Source: Cyanobacteriota bacterium
GTDB taxonomy: Bacteria; Cyanobacteriota; Cyanobacteriia; Thermostichales; Thermostichaceae
DNA length: 64,000 nt
Assembly (NCBI GenBank): GCA_033764955.1
Contig: JANRIL010000048.1
Span: 1-64,000, forward strand
Reading direction: 5' to 3'
Of the stretch, positions 55,110 to 64,000 are shown in pieces. A model generated the notes under the pieces. The model was given only the letters and a program-made list of their open reading frames with translations, made no database searches and had not been told where the DNA came from. The number at the start of each line of letters is the position of its first letter. Position 1 is the stretch's first letter. Made by a program: the position numbers and the translations under genes.

Positions 55110-55700
55110 TCATCTCCCCTCGGTGGAAAAACAATACTGGCGTAACTGCTTAACTTCCACCGGACTCAAGTGACGCCACTCCCCCAACGGCAGTTCTGCC
55201 AACTGGAGGGGGCCAATTTGCTGACGAATCAACCGCAGGGTGGGGATCCCTACGGCGGCAGTCATGCGGCGCACTTGCCGATTGCGTCCCTCCCGCAGGG
55301 TGATGGCTAACCAAGTGGTGGGAATGTGGCGGCGCACCCGAATGGGCGGATCCCTGGGGGGCAGATCGGGAGCTTCTGGCAACACCCAGGCAAGGGCGGG
55401 CAAGGTTTTTTTGCCTTGAATCATCACCCCCTTACTGAGCGCCCGCAACGCCTCAGGGGTCGGGATCCCTTCCACCTGTACCCAATAGGTGCGCTCATGA
55501 CCAAAGCGCGGATCGATCAAGCGGGCATTGAGCGGCCCATCATCGGTTAAAAACACCAACCCTTCGCTATCGTGATCCAAGCGACCCACCGGGTAGACAT
55601 CGGGGATCGGAATGTAGTGTTTTAGGGTAGGGCGGGGGATCCCTTCCTCGGTAAACTGGCAAAGCACCCCATAAGGTTTGTGAAAGATTAGATAAGGCAT
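55110..55700 (-). CDS. RsuA/RluE-family pseudouridine synthase
   Basis: FHKPYGVLCQF, GRLDHDSEGL and EGRNRQVRRMTAAVG motifs; ATG 55700 preferred. Confidence 0.92.
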   Translation of the reverse strand: MPYLIFHKPYGVLCQFTEEGIPRPTLKHYIPIPDVYPVGRLDHDSEGLVFLTDDGPLNARLIDPRFGHERTYWVQVEGIPTPEALRALSKGVMIQGKKTLPALAWVLPEAPDLPPRDPPIRVRRHIPTTWLAITLREGRNRQVRRMTAAVGIPTLRLIRQQIGPLQLAELPLGEWRHLSPVEVKQLRQYCFSTEGR

Positions 55701-55815
55701 TGATTGAGAGGAGGAAGCAAAAGCAAGGAGGCAATCTGGCATAATGGGGGATGGTATTTGTAGGCTAGCCAAGCGCGCCTCTCGAACGATTGTCATGGAT
55801 CCCACAACTTGATAG

Positions 55816-57021
<1,206 letters not shown>

Positions 57022-57112
57022 AAAAAGCTCTGACTCAAAGCAGCCAAAGCTTGCGGGGGTTCCATTTTCACCAGCCAGCTATCTAGGGATCCCCAAGGGG
57101 ATCCCTGGGGTC

Positions 57113-58291
57113 TTAGAGAGCAGGATGGGCGATGACGGGACAGTTGATGATGACCTTGGTGGATCGCAGTCCCGATAGCCAGGGGTTGCCAGGGCCTTGG
57201 GGGTTGATCAAGGCATCCGTGACCAATCCGGCTTTTACCAACTGATCAAGATCCGCAAAGGAGGTGATACGGCGCACTTGATTGGTGCGGATAGCTTCTT
57301 CTGTCCACATGCTGACATGGGCATCCCAAAGGGGGCTGTAATTGTTTTGAGCCGAGGCATCGGTGTTGTCAGGCGGGATCGGGAAGACGTTAATCGGATC
57401 AATTCCTCCATTCAGCAGGGAGGCGACAAACCCTTGAAATTGTCCGGTTGTGGTATCACTGATCCCATTCAAGACCGGGGAGAACCCCAACAGAGCCGAA
57501 GGCTGATCGGGGGTAGATTGACCGAAGGTGGGAATAGCCGCCAAGCGTGGGGCATAGACCCCTTTTTCCAACACGGCTGGCACATCCGCCGAAACATCGG
57601 TGACCAAATGATAGAAATATTGTTTTCCGTCCTGGAACCCATCTAGGAGGGACATTTTTACCGTCAGCTTCTGGGTATCGACCGCTAACAGGCGGTCGTG
57701 GCTGCCCGTTTTGTTATGGACAATCTGGGCATTGATCACCACCCCACTGGGCAGCACAACCATCGAAGACCAGGCTTCATCCGCAATCGCTCCCGGTTTG
57801 GCCACCTTGGGAGGGAAAGCCGCTGGGGATCCCGCTTCGACCTGATAAGTCGGGGAAAAATCGACATCTCCAACGAACTGAATCAGGCCATCTTGGAGGG
57901 TGACGGTCTGTGCCCCCTCGGTGCCGACCACATACTTCATCTTGGGGGCAAAGTTCACCCCTAGTTCCTGAGCAACCGCAAAGTCGGATGCCTCAGTGAT
58001 GATGTAATATACGGTGTCACCGTTGGGGGAAAAGCCTTTGAACAAAGGCAGGGTCACATTCGCCTTGTTGTAAGTAAAATCCACGGCCAAGGCACTTTTC
58101 AAAAATACATTGTCACTGGGTTTGAAGCTAACAGCGGTGTCTTCCGAATAGGCAGGACGTCCAGAGGCGGTAGCCGCCGCCGCCAGCAATGCCTCCGCTT
58201 CCGCTATTTTATCGGGGGCGGCGTTAGCCAGGAAAGGAACCGACAATGCCCCTAGGCAGAGGCTAAGCAAAATCGAAATCTTCTTTCTCAC
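57113..58291 (-). CDS. Secreted hypothetical protein
   Basis: Signal peptide (..PFLANA); internal duplication-like segments (VYYIITEAS / YFYHLVTDVS); YSPLW and C-terminal INCPV. Confidence 0.75.
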   Translation of the reverse strand: MRKKISILLSLCLGALSVPFLANAAPDKIAEAEALLAAAATASGRPAYSEDTAVSFKPSDNVFLKSALAVDFTYNKANVTLPLFKGFSPNGDTVYYIITEASDFAVAQELGVNFAPKMKYVVGTEGAQTVTLQDGLIQFVGDVDFSPTYQVEAGSPAAFPPKVAKPGAIADEAWSSMVVLPSGVVINAQIVHNKTGSHDRLLAVDTQKLTVKMSLLDGFQDGKQYFYHLVTDVSADVPAVLEKGVYAPRLAAIPTFGQSTPDQPSALLGFSPVLNGISDTTTGQFQGFVASLLNGGIDPINVFPIPPDNTDASAQNNYSPLWDAHVSMWTEEAIRTNQVRRITSFADLDQLVKAGLVTDALINPQGPGNPWLSGLRSTKVIINCPVIAHPAL

Positions 58292-58533
58292 AGGAAATCC
58301 TTAGCGATGAATGGAAACTACTTACCCCATTCATTCAGCCAGGGCAGCCTGAGATCCCTCTGAGCAGGAGCTTAGCCAGCTTGTCGAGATCTCTGAGAGT
58401 TTTGCGAAGAACCCCCTGATCTTTGCTGTGAATCTATCGAGTTGTCGATCGATGGGGATAACTTCAGGTTAGCCCGCAAGTTAGGGAGTATAGCGATAGT
58501 TTGAAGCTTATCTAGTGGTCTTTCCCATTCCGC

Positions 58534-58932
58534 TTAACCCTCATGAGATGGCGAAATGGAGGAGACTCCCGACTCCTTTGATGCTTCCATAATTCGATGA
58601 CACTTGCCACTCAGGTAAAGCTTAATTTCCTCAAGTTTCTACATTTTTTCATCGATCTCGTCAAGCTTACGATCGATAACTTTTAACTTTTTAGAGATCG
58701 GCACGGAACCGTTTCCCCAGGTATCAACCAGATGCTTAATCTCATTCAGGGTGAATCCTAAAGATTTTCCTTGTGTAATCATGACAACTCGTTCCAGCAT
58801 ATCTGGGCTGAAGTCTAGATATATTCTTGTCTCTGCTTGTCGGACTTTTGCTTCAATTAACCCCATCTTGTAGTAAAAACGAATCGTATCCTTTGACAAG
58901 CCTGTTTTTCGTGATAGCTCGCCGATTAACAT
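58534..58932 (-). pseudogene. MerR-family regulator interrupted by an in-frame TAG
   Basis: MLIGELSRKTGLSKDTIRFY...GFTLNEIK; TAG at 58639-58641 is followed in frame by KLEEIKLYLSGKCHRIME... to TAA at 58534. Confidence 0.75.
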
Positions 58933-58961
58933 TGCTGCCACCTAAATTTAGAAATTGATGC

Positions 58962-58993
58962 TTGACTGTGGAGTATACTCCATAGCTTAGGCT
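58962..58993 (+). promoter_or_regulatory. MerR-type promoter/operator for the epimerase gene
   Basis: TTGACT (58962-67), 20-bp spacer holding the perfect palindrome TGGAGTATACTCCA (58969-82), then TAGGCT (58988-93). Confidence 0.85.
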
Positions 58994-59028
58994 GGAGCCG
59001 AAACCAACGGAATGCTCTGGAAATTTAT

Positions 59029-60000
59029 ATGAAAATCTTTGTTACAGGTGGCTCTGGGTTTGTCAGTCGCACCATGATTCAGATGTTGCGCGATCGAGGG
59101 GATGAGGTGATTGCTTTAGCCAGATCCGAACAAGCTGTGAAGCAAGTGACTCAATTGGGTGCTAGAGCAGTTCGCGGCGATCTACGGGATGAACAAGCGA
59201 TGATTGAGGGAATGCAAGGGTGTGAAGTTGTGTTCCACATTGCAGGGTTTTTAAGTATTTGGGGTGAATACAAAGTTTTCTATGAAACCAATGTGCTTGG
59301 GACTGAATATACGCTGACCGCCGCACAAACAGCGAATGTTCCTTCCTTTGTGCAGGTAGGTGCAGCAGCTTCCGTTTTTGATCGCCAACCTCTATTTCAG
59401 GTTGATGAGTCCTATCCACTCAAGCAACCTAAATTTTCTCCTTATATTGCTACCAAAAGTCTCGCAGAACAAAGAGTTATCGCAGCAAACGGAGCCAAAT
59501 TTAAAACCGCTGTGGTGCGTCCATCTTGGATTTGGGGTAATGGGGATCACGTACTGCCTCAACTGATAAGGGCAGTAAAAACCGGACAATTCATTTGGAT
59601 CGATCAGGGTCAGTATTCATACATGACGACTCATGTGGTGAATGTCTGCCATGGGGCAATATTCGCGGCGGAACGGAGTTCTGGGGGACAAGCTTACTTC
59701 CCGAGTGATGGCAATGTTGTACAGTTTCACAGGTGGGTGACGACATTACTACAGATGGCCGGAGTCAAGCCGGGGCGCTTGAGTATTCCGAGATGGGCTG
59801 CCTGGAATATCGCCGGATTCATAGCAGCAATTTGGAGAATAACGAGGCGTAAAGGCATTCCGCCGATTACTCGTACAATGGTTCGGCTGATTGGGCAGGA
59901 ACTGACCTTCACTGATCGTAAAGCGCGAGAAGAACTTGGCTACACTCCAATTGTGACTCGTGATTTTGGATTGGCAGAACTTAGGAAGCTCTATCGCTGA
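59029..60000 (+). CDS. NAD-dependent epimerase/dehydratase (extended SDR, 3-beta-HSD-like)
   Basis: VTGGSGFV, VFHIAG, YIATK (YxxxK) and VRPSWIWG motifs. Confidence 0.9.
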   Translation: MKIFVTGGSGFVSRTMIQMLRDRGDEVIALARSEQAVKQVTQLGARAVRGDLRDEQAMIEGMQGCEVVFHIAGFLSIWGEYKVFYETNVLGTEYTLTAAQTANVPSFVQVGAAASVFDRQPLFQVDESYPLKQPKFSPYIATKSLAEQRVIAANGAKFKTAVVRPSWIWGNGDHVLPQLIRAVKTGQFIWIDQGQYSYMTTHVVNVCHGAIFAAERSSGGQAYFPSDGNVVQFHRWVTTLLQMAGVKPGRLSIPRWAAWNIAGFIAAIWRITRRKGIPPITRTMVRLIGQELTFTDRKAREELGYTPIVTRDFGLAELRKLYR

Positions 60001-60004
60001 AAGG

Positions 60005-60053
60005 GGCTAACAATCCCGTTGCACATGGTGGCGGATGCAGCAGGAGGTTAGCC
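60005..60053 (+). other. Short attC-like site
   Basis: GGCTAAC-AATCCC-GTTGCAC...ATGCAGC-AGGAG-GTTAGCC: perfectly complementary cores, GTTGCA/TGCAGC inner arms; starts 4 nt after the epimerase stop. Confidence 0.65.
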
Positions 60054-60128
60054 TTCTACTCCTCGATTGTGACATGCGGAAATATTTTCTTCAGGTGAAG
60101 ACTGTTGATCTATTCCTTAAAAAGCACT

Positions 60129-60779
60129 TTAAATCAAGTCATACAAAGTTTTAAACCAAGTCACAAATCTCTGAGCATTAGGGTGATTAGGATGCAAAAT
60201 GCGTTCCATAATCGCTTGATGTAGCTGCCGCCCTGGAGGATTCTGCCAAGCCAGCCAGGTATAAATGTTAGCTTTATCAAGATGAGGGTCTGTAAATACT
60301 GCGCCTTTACCTTTAGCCTCGTTAGTTACTGTTTGAGCAAACTGCCAGAGTGTTGCACTGTTTGTTGGAATCATGTAAGTCAGGAAGGTTTCCAACATGC
60401 CAGACATCTTGTTATCAGGCATTATCCAAATTCCAAATCGGATTCCGGTAGGCGTAGCATGTATTAAGCCATCATCGGGTAAAACCTCTGGAAGATCAGG
60501 AATGCTTTTCAAGCTTGCACTTCTAATGCTTTGCCAACGTCCTGTAGGATTATCATCAGCATCAATCATTATTCCAAGCGCAGAAAGCCCAGAAGCTTGT
60601 AGTTCGGTTGAGATTACATCTGGATCGACTAACTTTTGATAACCATCAAAATCACGAATAAAAACAACTGGGTTTTTCCGAGTTCCCCAATTCACACCAT
60701 TAGCTTCAATTAGTTCTGGTATTACGAAACGATCCTGTTTTCCCTCTACGAGAAGGACTCTTGAGTAAATATCAACCAT
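60129..60779 (-). CDS. DUF3226-like (TOPRIM-type) protein
   Basis: LLVEGKQD (TOPRIM Glu), GIMIDADD (DxD), IMPDN..GMLETFL and KA..YTWLAWQ.PP motifs. Confidence 0.8.
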   Translation of the reverse strand: MVDIYSRVLLVEGKQDRFVIPELIEANGVNWGTRKNPVVFIRDFDGYQKLVDPDVISTELQASGLSALGIMIDADDNPTGRWQSIRSASLKSIPDLPEVLPDDGLIHATPTGIRFGIWIMPDNKMSGMLETFLTYMIPTNSATLWQFAQTVTNEAKGKGAVFTDPHLDKANIYTWLAWQNPPGRQLHQAIMERILHPNHPNAQRFVTWFKTLYDLI

Positions 60780-60782
60780 ACT

Positions 60783-61853
60783 CTACCGCACCTCAATTCC
60801 TCTTTCAGCGGCAATTACAACTTGTCGTTCCGTAAAAACAATACTGTGTTGCTTACCTTTCTCAATTCTCTGAATTGTAATGCCCTCTTCACTTGGGCTT
60901 TCGTTGCTTGCAATTGCAGCAAGGCTTGTCCAACAATCACTGTTATGAGTTGTAGCAAAAACCTGAACATTAAGCCGTTTAGCTGTTTCCCATATTAATT
61001 TCCACATATCAGACATTGCACTGAAGTGAAGCCCAGTATCAATTTCATCCACTAATAAAACACCACTCCTTGCATTAACAATGACTAACGAAAGTCCTAG
61101 CATTCGCCATATTCCATCCCCCAAATTTCCGATAGGTATATCCTTATCACTATTCTTAGATAAACGCACATCGAAACCACAACGTGAACTGGGTTCATTG
61201 GGTTTAATAGTGCCTGGAGCAATTCGTTCTATTTTTGGCTCAATTGTTTGAAGTGCTTTTATAACGAAATCCTCCTCAGCATTCAAGACGGCATTATTAA
61301 ATAAATTCACCATGCCTTTGGGTGTCAAAGAAGATGATGTTACAAATTGAGTTCTTAATCCTGAAAGACTAAAATCTTTACGAACTCGCTTAATATAAGC
61401 TACAGGAAGTCCCTCTCCAGAAGACAAAGGCAGTTTTATATTTTCACCTGCGTACCTTGACCACTCAATAACTAATGCAAATTCTCGCAAATCCTTAAAC
61501 GTGCTAAGTTGTCCTGTATGTTCTACAGATACAGTTATCCCTTCTCTATTGTCATGATTTTCACCAAATATTGAGAATTTACTTCCCACATCAATTTCAT
61601 GACCGTAAAACAGGTGACGAACATCTAGCTCGCGACCACCACCCCGTTCATCACTAAAAATATATTCACCACGTCCGATCATTACTTTTTGCAACGATTC
61701 AAGATTAGACTGAGAAGTAAGAAGCTGAACAGCTTCTAAGATTGAAGTTTTACCACTATTGTTAGTACCAACAAGCAAATTCAACTTGCCAAGCTTCTGA
61801 AGCTCGAACGTTTGGAAACAACGAAAGTTTTCAATTTTTAGCGACCTCAGCAT
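60783..61853 (-). CDS. ABC/AAA_15-AAA_21 family ATPase
   Basis: IENFRCF, Walker A GTNNSGKT, signature-like LGDG, Walker B LLVDEIDTGLH, ATTH. Confidence 0.9.
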   Translation of the reverse strand: MLRSLKIENFRCFQTFELQKLGKLNLLVGTNNSGKTSILEAVQLLTSQSNLESLQKVMIGRGEYIFSDERGGGRELDVRHLFYGHEIDVGSKFSIFGENHDNREGITVSVEHTGQLSTFKDLREFALVIEWSRYAGENIKLPLSSGEGLPVAYIKRVRKDFSLSGLRTQFVTSSSLTPKGMVNLFNNAVLNAEEDFVIKALQTIEPKIERIAPGTIKPNEPSSRCGFDVRLSKNSDKDIPIGNLGDGIWRMLGLSLVIVNARSGVLLVDEIDTGLHFSAMSDMWKLIWETAKRLNVQVFATTHNSDCWTSLAAIASNESPSEEGITIQRIEKGKQHSIVFTERQVVIAAERGIEVR

Positions 61854-61931
61854 ATTTACGTTTTGTGCAAAGGGATCTTGTGCTTCTTAATGTTTTATCT
61901 TAACCATATGGTGACACTACCGCATCAAGAG

Positions 61932-62012
61932 GGCTAACACTGCGTTGGTGAGGTTATCGATGAGAGATCGAGGTTATCTGCCGCCGCACAACTTATTAAC
62001 TTATTGTTATCT
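61932..62012 (+). other. attC-like site (copy D)
   Basis: GGCTAAC-ACTGC-GTTGGTG...GCCGCCGCACAAC-TTATT(AACTTATT)-GTTATCT: GTTG(G)TG/CACAAC arms with an extra base; 8-nt duplication near the right core. Confidence 0.65.
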
Positions 62013-62043
62013 ACCCAACGCCAGCAGGGTAGGTAGATCGAGT

Positions 62044-63840
62044 TCACCAAACCACTTGATCCTTGAGTTGTTCCAGCTTGGCGGGGCCAATACCACTGAC
62101 GGCATCCAGATCCTCCAGCGATTTGAAGGGACGGGCGGCCACAATTTTTTCGGCTAGGGCAGGGCCAATACCAGGAAGCTGAGTCAGTTCTTCCAAGCTA
62201 GCGGTGTTGAGGTTAATTCGGGATCCCGATGCCGCTTGACCGGATGCTAGAGTACGTGCCTGAATAGGCTGGGCTACGGAGGCTTGCCCGTTGCTAGCGG
62301 CGGGTTGTGAGGATGCGGGAGGGCTACTGGGTTTTGGCTTGGGTTCTTTCGCCTCCGCCAGGGTGGGATTGGGGCAGGCAGTTTTTTGTTCGGCAATTTT
62401 TTGCTGCAAAGAGCGAGAAGGGCCTAAAAAGGCATCGGTCATCAGCCGATCAAACTCACGGGCAAAGTGGGCTGCTACCACTGGATTGGGAATGATGAGG
62501 AGGTTTTCGTCGTTGAGGTTATTGGCGGCGGCTGACCAGTTGTGGGATCCCGTTATCACGGTGGCCTGTGGGGTAGCGGCATCCACCAAGCCAAATTTGT
62601 GGTGCAGTTTGTCGGTGGGGGCAATTTTAGGGATCCCGACGGATTGAGCGGGAGTTTTCCAGGCTTGTCGCTCCGCATCAAGGGTGCAGTCCTTCAGCCA
62701 GGTGAGCCCCCACATATCCAGGGTACGGCTGTAATCACGGTAGGCAAAACCAGGATCAAACATGCCACGAATCTCTATTTTTTTGTTATCCCGCAAATTT
62801 TTGAGTTGATCAACAATCCCCTGATCCGTAAAGACAAATAAGGCCATATCGACCGTGCGATTGGCTTTGCCTAAAGTTTGAGCAATTGCTCCATTGGTAG
62901 TATCGGCATAGCTAGTTTTAGCCCCTGCTGGAGAAAAATGGATCCCTACATTGACATCTCCGATCCTGACGGTTTGAATCGGACGTTCCGGTTTATTCAC
63001 CCCAAATCGACTATCCGGTTTTTGTGCGGGGCCATCCCCCCACATCAGGTTAAATTCATCCGTAAAAACGGTAGCCAGTTCTGGGCTTTGTAGGCGGATC
63101 ATGTGGTTAGCATTCCCCACACTTTCTGCTTCATGAAAGTCACCATGCATATCGGAAAGGGTGAAGTTAGCGGATCCCATCACCACTTTTTGGCCATCGA
63201 TCACCACAAACTTGTGATGCATCAATCCTGACCCTTTCGATCCATCGGCGGTATCGTCGATCCAGGGTAGTTTACTTTGATCAAACATGGCCAAAACATC
63301 CCGCTCGGCTACTTCTTGTTCGGAGAGCTTGCCATCTCGATTGATGTCAATCAGATCTTGATATTCGCTGAGTTTGACAGCTTCCCGTTCATCCAAACCC
63401 TCCAGATCTGCGTCCGTTTCGCCGGCGATCTCATTCCAGCGTCGGGTATAGGTATTTTCGGTAATAAATCTTACTTTCACTCCCGCTTGATGCTTTTTGA
63501 CCAAAGCTTGCCCAATCAAAGGCAAATTCATTTCTTGCACGGCAATATCAACCGTTTTTTGAGCGGAATTGATCGCTTGAATAACAAAATTTTCTAAATC
63601 AACCCCATAGCGCTTGACCTGTCGATAGGGATCCGTATAGACGGATTCGCGGGTTTGATTGAAGGCGACGGTGATCTGAGGATGTTGCGGCAAGGGAGGG
63701 ATAGTGGCCAGATTGGGGGAGGAACTATCCTGGGGTTTTGGGCCAACAAAATAACCAATCACCACCAGCACGAGCAGCAAAATAGCCAGAGGCAGATAAC
63801 GGCGCATCTGACGAAACCAGTTGGCTGAGGTGAAGCTCAT
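62044..63840 (-). CDS. Phospholipase-D-family nuclease with C-terminal ComEA helix-hairpin-helix (cyanobacterial competence protein)
   Basis: Two HKD motifs (MHHKFVVID, LHHKFGLVD), N-terminal TM segment, INLNTASLEEL..LPGIGP HhH. Confidence 0.88.
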   Translation of the reverse strand: MSFTSANWFRQMRRYLPLAILLLVLVVIGYFVGPKPQDSSSPNLATIPPLPQHPQITVAFNQTRESVYTDPYRQVKRYGVDLENFVIQAINSAQKTVDIAVQEMNLPLIGQALVKKHQAGVKVRFITENTYTRRWNEIAGETDADLEGLDEREAVKLSEYQDLIDINRDGKLSEQEVAERDVLAMFDQSKLPWIDDTADGSKGSGLMHHKFVVIDGQKVVMGSANFTLSDMHGDFHEAESVGNANHMIRLQSPELATVFTDEFNLMWGDGPAQKPDSRFGVNKPERPIQTVRIGDVNVGIHFSPAGAKTSYADTTNGAIAQTLGKANRTVDMALFVFTDQGIVDQLKNLRDNKKIEIRGMFDPGFAYRDYSRTLDMWGLTWLKDCTLDAERQAWKTPAQSVGIPKIAPTDKLHHKFGLVDAATPQATVITGSHNWSAAANNLNDENLLIIPNPVVAAHFAREFDRLMTDAFLGPSRSLQQKIAEQKTACPNPTLAEAKEPKPKPSSPPASSQPAASNGQASVAQPIQARTLASGQAASGSRINLNTASLEELTQLPGIGPALAEKIVAARPFKSLEDLDAVSGIGPAKLEQLKDQVVW

Positions 63841-64000
63841 AGGAGGGATCCCTTGAATACTGCCTAAACTCCCAAACTTCCTAAACTATAGATCCGATAA
63901 ACCGCCTGCCACTTGAAGGCGACGTTAACACCCGTTTATCATCCCGCAGCCACCCCAACTTCTTAAAACACCGAGGTGAGAACCGAACGGTCAGAAGGTG

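Overview
Chromosomal window from a beta-cyanobacterium. The pervasive octamer palindrome GGGATCCC and the gene content point to a hot-spring Thermostichus (Synechococcus A/B-type) lineage; this taxonomic call is an inference. Most of the window is core genome: an hdrB-like gene, chlL/chlN, rpsF, ssb, glgP, ccmK-K-L-M-N-O, mnmE, mutS, tadA, queD, pipX, ccmP, hemE, argF, ctpA, proA, rbcLXS, hslO, apcABC, hisZ, sqdB and a PLD/ComEA competence gene. Two features are missing from the ORF track: the hdrB-like CDS running off the left edge, and a probable 6S RNA gene (minus strand, about 18750-18932). There are three accessory patches. (i) 28.7-29.8 kb holds a DUF1993 gene, an Rpn/DUF2887-like fragment and attC-like sites. 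(ii) 42.9-47.5 kb holds an hsdM pseudogene, hsdS with no hsdR, VapBC and MNT-HEPN toxin-antitoxin pairs. (iii) 58.5-62.0 kb holds a nonsense-interrupted merR with an epimerase, then an ABC-ATPase + DUF3226 pair. The most notable observation is that patches (i) and (iii) are built like integron gene cassettes: each GTTRRRY start core is complementary to the RYYYAAC of a downstream attC-like site, with no integrase in view. The internal sequence of two of those sites is clearly similar (32/39 and 25/31 nt, counted by hand) to the antisense strand of the putative 6S RNA gene, which itself reads like an attC. All calls come from reading the sequence; no database searches were run.
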